Positions 12,428 through 23,100 of a stretch of DNA of 39,298 nucleotides are shown piece after piece. Origin of the DNA: Octopus sinensis. Taxonomy: Eukaryota. The translations under genes were made by a program, and so were the position numbers. A model generated the notes under the pieces. That model saw only the letters and a list, made by a program, of their open reading frames with translations. It had not been told where the DNA came from and ran no database searches. Positions within the stretch are counted from its first letter, which is position 1, and each line of letters opens with the position of its first letter. The DNA lies in contig NW_021835738.1 of assembly GCF_006345805.1 (NCBI RefSeq), forward strand, positions 1 through 39,298, read 5' to 3'.

Positions 12428-12619
12428 TAAAGGCATGTATATATGTGTGTGTGTGTGTGCTTTATTTGTTGATTACCAAGAGCAACCTATGGTTTCATGT
12501 AGAAGAGATCTCCACAAACATTCAAGCGGACCATTTGGAAATGTCAATACTCGTCTCTATTTTGGACGAGAAGACACGAATTTATGCAAGACTACAGATT
12601 CTAAAACAAATCTCAGGGT

Positions 12620-13003
12620 ACTCTCTTTACTCTTTTACTTGTTTCAGTCATTTGAATGCGGTCATGCTGGAGCACCGCCTTTAATCGAGCAATTCGATCC
12701 CGGGACTTATTCTTTTGTAAGCCCAGTACTTATTCTATCGGTCTCTTTTGCCGAACCGCTAAGTAACGGGGACATAAACACAACAGCATCGGTTGTCAAG
12801 CAATGCTAGGGGGACAAACACAGACACTCATATATATATACATATATACGACGGGCTTCTTTCAGTTTCTGTCTACCAAATCCACTCACAGGGCTTTGGT
12901 CGGCCTGAGGCTATAGTAGAAGACACTTGCCCAAGGTGCCACGCAGTGGAACTGAACCCGGAACCATGTGGTTAGTAAACAAGCTACTTACCACACAGCC
13001 ACT
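12620..13003 (-). mobile_element. SINE B, near full length
   Basis: High identity to 7911-8312. Confidence 0.85.
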
Positions 13004-13126
13004 AGGTAAATTATATGGAGATTTCAATTGTTATCTCCCATGCATTGACCCTGGAGTTTTGCAAGAAACTGTTTTTACCATAGATTCGTTAATCACTTAA
13101 TTTATGCAAGAACACTTGTGCACAGT

Positions 13127-13164
<38 letters not shown>

Positions 13165-13170
<6 letters not shown>

Positions 13171-13372
13171 ACCGAGTGTGTACCGTTGGCAATTTTTTTT
13201 CCTCTGTCTTCCCTTCTCTGGATCTTTCCTTCTCCTATGTTTTCGACGAAGAGCTCCGCTCAAAACGTTAACTCCCCCTTCTTTCCTTCTTTCCTGAGCA
13301 TCCAATAATACTATATTTGTTCCACGTCCTCGCGTTCTTGTGTTTTTTTGTGCTTTCATGTTTGGATTAACT
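13165..13372 (+). mobile_element. Penelope-like terminal-repeat fragment with degenerate hammerhead-like motif
   Basis: tcgacgaa-GAGC-tcc-GCTC-aaaacgtt followed by a pyrimidine-rich tail ending at (TA)n. Confidence 0.5.
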
Positions 13373-13898
13373 TATATATATATATATATCTACACACATA
13401 TACATCTATATACATATACACACACACATATATATATATATATATGTACATACCCACACACACACATATATATATATATAAATATATAAAATTAAATAAG
13501 GGTAGAAATTGATATTAATCAATTAAAACCAGTGGCTTAGCATATTTTAAAAAATCCGAAGATTAAAAATTGTGTTACATACAAAATTTAGAGGACTGAC
13601 CACTAAAGTGGACAGCCTATATGCTAAACATAGATGTCAAATCGCCATTACCACAAAGAATATGTTCTCAAGAAAAATCTCAGCAAGATTCATGGACACC
13701 TGTAGCTGTGTTGCATCATTCTGTGCAGTTTGTGTCACATCAAATAATTGCATAAAGAAGGGGATGTCTCGCTACATATTCTGAGTTGTCCTAGGCATTT
13801 TGTTCTTGCCTGCTGTATTTTGGTTATAACCAGCTAATGGGGCTAGCTACAGGTGTCCATGAATATGGACACCTGAATAAAATTAAAATCATACAATC

Positions 13899-14042
13899 AC
13901 TTAGCGGTTCGGCAAAAGAGACCGATAGAATAAGTACTGGGCTTACAAAGAATAAGTCCCGGGGTCGATTTGCTCGACTAAAAAGGCGGTACTCCAGCAT
14001 GGCCGCAGTCAAATGACTGAAACAAGTAAAAGAGTAAAGAGT
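13899..14042 (+). mobile_element. SINE B 3' fragment
   Basis: cttagcggttcggcaaaagagacc...gaaacaagtaaaagagtaaagagt. AATCA occurs on both sides (possible short TSD). Confidence 0.85.
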
Positions 14043-14299
14043 AATCATAAAATATAGAGAACACAACATAACAAAAAAAAAAGATTACATTTAGGTTAAT
14101 GGGGAGGGGTGTGCACTCCTGGACATGGACACCCACTCAAACGGTGGTACAAACACATACCCACACACACCCACACATGCACACCATAAATTAAAATCAT
14201 AGAATCATAAAAGAGAGTAAAACCTGTCAAAGAAAGATTACATTAAGATTAAGGGGTAGGCATCTACTCTCTTGGACATAAACACATACAGTACCCACC

Positions 14300-14700
14300 A
14301 ACTGGCTCTTGTGCTGGTGGCACGTAAAAAGCACCATCCGAATGTGGCCAATACTAGTACCCCCAAATGGCTCTTGTGCTGGTGGCACATAAAAAGCACC
14401 ATCCAAACATGGCTAATACCAGTTCCTACTGACTGGCCCCTGTGCTGGTGGCATTGAAAAAGCACTATCTGGACGTGAGCAATGCTAGGCCCACCTAAGT
14501 GGCTCCTGTGCTAGTGGCACGTAAAAAGCACCCACTACACTCTCAGAGTGGTTGGCATTGAGAAAGGGCATCCAGCTGTAGAAACATCGTCAGATCAGAT
14601 TGGAGCCTGGTGCAGCTGCTGGCTCTTCAGATCTCAGTCAAACCGTCCAACCCATGCCAGCATGGAAAATGGACATTAAACAATGATGATGATGATGATA
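14300..14700 (+). mobile_element. SINE-like family C with four internal ~66-bp subrepeats and a (GAT)n tail
   Basis: gtgctggtggcacgtaaaaagcacc x4, then gggcatccagctgtagaaac...ccaacccatgccagcatggaaa...tgatgatg. Confidence 0.8.
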
Positions 14701-14845
14701 CATATATATTTATATACATATACATCTGGTGAGAGTGAGTAAGTGTGTGTATGAATGTGGCTGAGTGTGTGTGTGTGTGTGTGTGTGCACGTGTACGTAT
14801 TTAAAATACAAGGAACTTTTTGTTACCAACCTATGTCTGTATTGG

Positions 14846-15005
14846 TCACTTGCGTTTCAACAATAGATTTTCTGTTTGATTTCCTTTATTTCCAGAATCC
14901 TCAACAAACCAATCAGGAATAAAATTATATTCTGAATCTTTTCCCAGATATTGATATCGGATGTTATTGTATTTTTTTGGTTCCCGACTAAATAAGTGGA
15001 CACTT
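14846..15005 (-). CDS. DXO: DXO coding exon 7, terminal (SVHLFSREPKKY...YNFIPDWFVEDSG...LLLKRK*)
   Basis: Acceptor ttcttttctttgcag|A, phase 2, TGA at 14848-14846. VHLFS and F.P.W match the DXO C-terminus. Confidence 0.94.
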
Positions 15006-16391
15006 CTGCAAAGAAAAGAAATCAAGACAGGAAAAGACATAAATAACAACGGACATTACATCAAGAATTCAAGTAAACACATATAGATGTCCGTGTTTAT
15101 ATATATATATTCTAGCAGAATCGCCCGGTGTTGCTCGGGTTTCTTTTGACCCTTTAGAATTGGATTTTTTGAAAAGTAAAAATTTTCCATTATGTAGCTT
15201 GTTATTCTCTTTAAGTGAACATTTTTCTGGTTGAAATACACCGAAAAATGGCGACACAGCAGTCAAAAAATCGTAAAAAATAGGGATTTTCATAGAAAAA
15301 AAGCACCTTTTTGATGTAAATAATTTTTGGTGTTAACATGGTCCGATTTGAATTTTTTTTCTACGGAAGGAAGAGCAAATCTTCCATCATACTCTCAGTT
15401 TTGGTCAACTTGCGCCGCAGGGTCTTGGAGGAGATAGTGTTAGTTGAAGGCTACCAAACCAGCCATACACAGACAACTTCAGCTTTATATATATATATAT
15501 TGAAGACCCCCTTCGGTCATGAATGACCATCGGATTGCACCCAGAAAGTTCCCCTCCAAGGCACAAGTCTGGGTAAGGTTGTTTTATAGAAGACCAGCAG
15601 TTGCCCACGCATACCAGCGTCCCCTCTCCATGCCACCTATATTATCCAAGGGAAAAGCAAAGGGGCCGACACAACTTGGCACCAGTGAAGTCACAACTCA
15701 TTTCTACAGCTGAGTGAACTGGAGCAACGAGAAATAAAATGTCTTGCTCAAGAACACAACATGCAGCCTGGTCCGGGATTCAAACTCACAACCTTGCGGT
15801 CATAAGTTCGACGCTCTAACCACTGAGCCATTCACCTTCACACACACATACACATATATATAGATTAGAGACAGATATTCTCCATATAGAATACGCTTCA
15901 TAGGTGTGGACTTTACAAACCAATGAAGTAAACAGGAGTAAATTACCCCAAGTGGGAAAAAATGAAACTCTGGGGGTTAATGAGGACTCATTAGACATAC
16001 GTAAAATTATATGAAAAACATGTTCCTTGTTACAACAGAAATTTTTCTTCTGGCATGAGGAGGCAATCAAAAAGTTGCTGCCTTTTGCAACCACCCACCG
16101 TGGTGAACAAAGATTTTCCACTCTAATGAACATAAAAACAGTCAATTGGACCCCAAAGACTGTATCCAAATTGTTCTGGCATCAAAATGCCCCGATTTTG
16201 ATGTAATTGTAACAAAAATGAAGGGGTGGCTGTGTGGTATGTAGCTTGCTTACCAACCACATGGATCCGGGTTCAGTCCCACTGCGTGGCACTTTGGGCA
16301 AGTATCTTCTACTATAGCCTCGGGCCGACCAAAGCCTTGTGAGTGGATTTGGTAGACGGAAACTGAAAGAAGCCTGTCGTGTATATGTATG

Positions 16392-16444
<53 letters not shown>

Positions 16445-17232
16445 TTGTCCCCCCCAAAATCGCTTGACAACCGATGCTGGTGTGTTCATGTCCCCCATAA
16501 CTTAGCGGTTCGGCAAAAGAGACCGATAGAATAAGTACTAGGCTTACAAAGAATAAGTCCTGGGGTCGATTTGCTTGACTAAAGGTGGTAATTGGTTAAA
16601 AAAAGTTCCCTGACCACTGATATAAACCATCACATCACATGTACTTACCTGTGGTCATTGTCTTTAACAGTCTCTTTAATGAAATTAAGGAACTGATCCA
16701 AGAAGTTGATGCAAACCTTAGGGTACCATGAGTTTGGTAAATCCTGAAAAGAATAAAATAACAATAATAAATCTCTGAACGAGGTTTAGACAGTAACTGC
16801 ACAACAATGTGAAGTATATTTGCCATCTAAATATAGCTAACCACTAAGGGTGGATGTTACAGTAGCTTGTAGCCCCAGGAGAACATCTTCTCCAGCTGGC
16901 TATTGACACACTTTCTGTGCTCTAATAAAATAACAAATATTACAACAACAAAGGTGTGAGGTAACATGGAAGTTCTGAGATGAAATGTTAATGCTGTGGT
17001 GAATGGAGGAGTGGATTGGGGTGGGTTCATGGCCTGCGAAAGCCATGACAGCTTATCACATTGACAGGAGACAGAAACTGTTTTTATGAAGCTTTTCCCA
17101 TCTCACAGACTTCACTCGAAAGGCTTTGGTTCACCCATAGGCCAGGGCAGAAGACACTGCACAGTAAGGATTGAACTTGACACTTTATATACACACGTAC
17201 ATATATACATTCAAATATATATAATAATATAT

Positions 17233-17264
<32 letters not shown>

Positions 17265-17393
17265 CTGTCGAAGAGCGTAGGCTCGAAACGTAAAAGACTT
17301 GTTCTATTTCTATTCCTGAGCGCCATACTAATACATTTGTTTGTTTGTACTCCACCTGCCTTCGTCTTTTGTTTATTTTCGTAAACCTTCCCG

Positions 17394-17439
<46 letters not shown>

Positions 17440-20140
17440 TGTGACGTACGTTCCATATAGTGAGATCAACAAAAAAAGTACTCCATCTGGTGAGAGATAA
17501 CTATTATCTAATTCTTTCTACTAAAGGCAGAAGGTCTGAAATTTTGGGGGCGGGGCTAGTCGACTAGATGACCCAAGTACCCAAGTACACAACTGCTATT
17601 TATTTAATTTATCGACACCGAGAGGATGATAGGCAAAGTTGACCTCGGCGGAATTTGAACTCAAGAACACAGCAACGGGCGAAATACCGCTTAAGCATTT
17701 CGCCCATGGTGCTAACGAATCTGCTAATAATAATAATAATAACAATCCTTTCTACTGAAGGCGCCAACCACTGTGACTTCTTCCCGTTCTTGTATACCCA
17801 CTCCAAAGGATTTGGTTACCCTGGAGGCTTAGCAGAAGACACTAAGTAGAAAGGCTTATTTGGAGAATTATACACAGTTATTCCCCTTGCTTTACAAGAT
17901 TGAGTTACTTCCCTTAATATTTCATTTCTTTTCAGTTCACGAGATTTTAGACGAGCGACGAATGGGATCGTAAATAGAACAAATGGTGTATATCTTGTTT
18001 CTGTCAGTGGACGGCGGCCATACTGGGGCATCGCCTTAAATGGTTTTAATCAAACAAATCGACTTCACTCCTTATTTATTACGTTTTTACGTTCTTTTAA
18101 AGCCTTGTGCTTCTATCGTTTTTTTCTCTTTTGCATAAACGGTAAGTTACAGGCGTATGGCTCAGTGGTTAGAACGTCGGGCTCATAATTATCAGGTAGC
18201 GAGTTCGATTCCCGGCCCGGGCTGTGTGTTGTGTTCACTCATTTGTAGAAATGAATTGTGACCTCACTGGTGCCAAGCTGTATCGGCCCCTTTGCCTTTC
18301 CCCTGGACAACATCGGTGGCGTGGAGAGTAGAAGCTGGTATGTATGGGTGACTGTTGGTCTTCCTTAAACAACATTGCCCGGACTTGTGCCTCGGAGGGG
18401 GACTTTCTAGATGCAATCTCATGGTCATTCACGACCGAAAAGAGGTCTTTACAATTAAGTTACAGGGACATAAGCAAACCAACAGAGGTTGTCAAACGAT
18501 AGGAGGAGAGGAAAACAGAAGCACAACTATACATATATACAAAAATACACACATAAATATATATATACTACGGGCTTCTTTTAGTTTCCATCTACCAAAT
18601 CCATTCATAAGTCTTTGGTCATACCTGGGCTACAGTGGGTAACATTTGTCTCAAGTGGTACACAATGGGACCGAACCCAGAACCATGTGGTTGGCAAAAA
18701 ATGTGCTTACCACACAACCACCCCTGTATGGCGTACATAGAAAAATGGTATATATAGAGAAATAAAGGCGGCGAGCTGGCAGAAGCATTAGCATGCCGGG
18801 CGAAATGCTTAGCGGTATTTCGTCTGCCATTACATTCTGAGTTCAAATTCCGCCGTGGTCGACTTTGCCTTTCATCCTTTCGGGGTCAATTAAATAAGTA
18901 CCAGTTACGCACTGGGTTCGATATAATCGACTTAATCCGTTTGTCTGTCTTTGTCCTGTTTGTGTTTAGCCCCTTGTGGGTAGTAAAGAAATAGGTATTT
19001 CGTCTGCCATTACGTTCTGAGTTCAAATTCCGCCGAGGTCGACTTTGCCTTTCATCCTTTTGGGGTCGATAAATTAAGCACCAGTTACGCACTGGGGTCG
19101 ATGTAATCGACTTAATACCTATGTCTGTTCTTGTTTGTCCCCTCTATGTTTAGCCCCTTGTAGATAGTAAAGAAATAGGTATTTCGTCTGCCATTACGTT
19201 CTGAGTTCAAATTCCACCGAGGTCGACTTTGCCTTTCATCCTTTTGGGGTCGATAAATTAAGCACCAGTTACGCACTGGGATCGATGTAATCGACTTGAT
19301 ACCTATGTCTGTTCTTGTTTGTCCCCTCTATGTTTAGGCCCTTGTGGGTAGTAAAGAAATAGGTATATATAGAGAAATGATGTATAAAGTAAATTGATGT
19401 ATAAAGGGATGGCTAGAGTCAAGTGGTGATAAAAATGGTGTGTATATATATATAAGGCAGAGGTGTATATATGGCAAAGGGATCTATAAAAAAAGTGGTT
19501 GTGTATATGCCAAAGTGGTGTATATAACAGAAAGGTGTATATGTGGTATTTTGGTGTATATATAGTAAATTGATGTATAAAGTGATGGCTAGAAACCAGA
19601 GATTGAGAAACTTAAAGAAGAGTCAGTGAAAGAGAGGAGGAAAGAGAGAGAAAGGTAAAGAAAAGAATAATGAGAGAGAAGGAGACTAAAAGACAATGCG
19701 AAAGAGAAACAGGAGAGAGAGAAAGAGAGATGGAGGGAGAGAGAGAAAGAGAGACGGAGGGAGAGAGAGAAAGAGAGACGGAGGGAGAGAGAGAAACAGT
19801 TTGATGTAGGAGGTTTCTTAGTTGCCTGTTGTCAGATGTGGATTATGGAGGAGGCCAAGAGACGGAGGCAGGGGCCAGTGCTAGTGTGGTATCCCATGCT
19901 ACCTGGAATGCAAAATGCCTCCTTTTTCACCTTACCTGTAATTAAAGAAATTTGGGGTTTTTTTTTTGTTTTTTAAGAAAGAATTATTCCTTCACTCTGC
20001 TTACTTTGGCCAAATTCGGCAGCATATTGATGTGGTACTTCTGTAAACGATGAACGATTCCGTCGTCATCTCGGAAACCACAAACAATGGTTGGAACTCC
20101 AATCAGGAAACTCTGGCCCCACCACTTGATTAGCTTGAAT

Positions 20141-20174
<34 letters not shown>

Positions 20175-23100
20175 GACAAATGACTAAAGACTCTAGTGCA
20201 TTTTTACCTACACTGTGTTACGAAGGAACAATAATAATAATAATAATAATAATAATGATGATGATGATGATGATGATGATGGTTTCAAATTTTGGCATAA
20301 TGCTAGCAATTTGAGGGGAAATCTAACCAGTGTGTGTGTCTTTTTATTAATATTCAGCCGAAACAAGAGAGTGACTCAGGGTCTGAATGTTTTGTGCATT
20401 GACACTTATCAACGGTTGATGAGTATCAACGCATGAAACTCTTGACCTTGGAATGACTTTGTTGCTTCTGCTAAATATCAAAAAAAAAAATGAAACTGTA
20501 AGCATATTGGTTTCATTTCTTTCAAGCCTTCGAATGTCCTCTGCAGACACAGCCCATGTTTCACTGCTGTGTAACATGGCTGTTCACACACAGGCATGTA
20601 TGCATGTATGGCTGTGTGTATGTATACCTAACACATACCTTTTGAAGTTGTCATCCTGTGACTTATTATAGATTTCCCTCGACGTCTTCAGTTCAATGTA
20701 TTCTTTCTGCTGTGGACAGATACAGTCGACCTCTCCCGCAAACACTGAAAAGGGAACAAGATTAAATGAGTAAAAAATGACAAGAAAAATAAACAAAAAA
20801 AAACCCCTCACATCTCAAGTTTAATCACATTCGTATTTATATTCTCAAATACAGACATAAGCACAGAAATACACACACAAGTTTTTGCTGTTACAATAAT
20901 ATATATTATTTATATATATCTTTGAAAGTAATGATTGATTGATTGATTGATTCTAGTTTCAGCTTATGAGCTGTGGCCATGCTGGGGCACCGCCATTTGG
21001 TGTTGCTACTTGGTTTCACTTCATGGAGGCTTTCTAGCAACTGCTATTTGGTGCATGAGAGAGTTCGATGCAGCTGCCCTCATCTGCCCCTCCTGCCGTG
21101 AAGTTGGTTCATCTGGGACACCTGACAGGAAGAGATCCAGCTTCATTTAAAAGACATCTGTATCCACCCCATGCAGGTCTCTCAGGTTCTTCGGGAGGAT
21201 ATTGAAGAGCTGTGGGCCTCGGAAGCCCAGGCTATCACAGAATCTTGTCCTACATCTTGATGGCAGGTTGGAGTCCTAGGCACCACGCAGTGGCGCCCAG
21301 TTCTGGCATTTGCGTAACTCTCGATGCCAAAGTTCAGGACACTTCCCTCCAGGATCTTCCAGATGTATATTATGGCATATCTTTCCCGCCTACGCTCCAG
21401 AGAATATAGTTTTAATCTCTTGAGTCTTTCCCAGTAGCTTACATTCTGCATAGAGGCTATCTTCTTTGTGTAGCTTCGTTGGATCGCCTCAAGTTCTGTG
21501 ATCAACTTGACACTGGATGGTGACCATAGCTGAGAGCAATAGTCAAAGTGGCTTAGGACAAGTGTCTTCCAGAGGACCATCATGGTTTTTTGTTCTCTTG
21601 TTCTAAAGGTTCTAAGAATCCATCCAGCCAGCCGTCTACATTTCATTGTCAGTTTAGCAACATGTACATGAAAGGTCGCGTCATCACTCATGTGAATACC
21701 CAGGTCACGCACTGATTGTGCCTCTGGGATTGCAATCCCTCCGGGTCCAGTGTATTCATTGGGTATTGCATTCAGTTTTGCATGCTGATAGTATAAAGCT
21801 TGAAACTTTCCAGCATTGAACTGCATGCTATTCTTTTCAGCCCATTGTGATATTTCGTCCAGCTCACATTGCAGGTGTTTAGTGTCCTCAGGGTTCTGTA
21901 TTGCCTGTGAAACTTTTGTATCATCTGCATAACTTGTGATCGTGGCTCTCTGCGTGGCTGAGGGCATGTCTGAGAGGGCCATTATGAAGAGTAGTGGTCC
22001 CAGAACAGTGCCCTGCGGAACACCGCTCACTATTTGTGTGTTAATGGAGGTGGCCCCATTGGCTACTACCACCTGACTTCTATCCTTCAGAAAGTCATGA
22101 AGCCATTCTCCCAGTTTTCCAACTATGTTGAGATCACGCAGTTTGTGACATATCATTCCATGATCGGCTTTATCAAAGGCCTTTGCAAAGTCGAGATATA
22201 TCACTTCCACATTTGAGTGGTTGAGCAGCTGTTTCAGCACCCAGTCATAGTGTTGTAGGAGCTGAGTTAAACAGCTTCTCCCTGGTCGGAAACCATGTTG
22301 GGTGTGGGGGGCAGCAAGTCATTCTCTCAAGGAAGGTGATCAGCTTCCTTCTGACTATTCGTTCCATGACCTTGCTGATGTGTGAGGTCAGAGAGATAGG
22401 TCTATAGTTCTTGGCTTCGCTCTGCTACCTCCTTTATGAATGGGGCATATTTTACCTTCCTTCAGTTTTCCTGGAAGTTTGCCAGCTGCAAGAAGCTCTG
22501 AAAGAGGAACTGCAGTGGTCTTGCTAGGACTCTCTTACATGCTTTTAGGAGGATTGCCGGGAATCCATCGGGGCCAGTAGCTGAGTCTGTTTTCATTTCA
22601 TCTATAGCCTTGGTTACATCGTCTTCCTTTATATCGATGTAATCTATCGTCGCCGCCTCTGATTTTATATCTGCAGTGGTAAAAAAGTCAGTTGGATTGG
22701 TGATTTGGAGATGCCCAAGGGGTGGAGTAATATGTAATATGTGACAATTATTCGATAGCCAAGATAAAACTCCGAATTTCAGATGCCGAAGTGGAAATCC
22801 ACGCCACCATCTCTTCAGTTATCCGGCGATAAAAAGTTATCCTTGTAAAAAGTCAACTATAACAATCTTCAGAGAGGAAGAATTAAGAAATATCCTTTAT
22901 TAAGGATATTTCCTTAATAAAGGATACACATTTATATAAATGTGTATGTTTATGTATGTACATACACATATATATCATGGATAACTGAAGAGATGGTGGC
23001 ATGGATTTCCACCATGGCATCCGAAACTCTTGGCTACCGAATAATTGTCACTTATTACATTTACAGATAAATTCCTCTATTTACATAATATCGAGGTCTC

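Noticed and set aside
14303-14535. CRISPR array interpretation of the four-module repeat (also 25761-25990)
   Set aside because: The context is eukaryotic, there are no cas genes, the linkers are homologous to each other, and the array is an internal part of a dispersed retroposon.
14700-14845. DXO polyadenylation signal
   Set aside because: No clear AATAAA lies on the minus strand shortly after the stop, so the 3' end cannot be placed from sequence alone.
14860-15003. Alternative open frame in DXO exon 7 (VSTYLVGNQK...IYC*)
   Set aside because: The phase from exon 6 and the DXO homology select the SVHLFS frame.
17816-18031. Protein-like minus-strand ORF (EILREVTQSCKARGITVYNSPNKPFYLV) in DXO intron 5
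   Set aside because: It is not needed for the DXO frame, has no clear splice sites and no recognisable family. It may be an old transposon relic.
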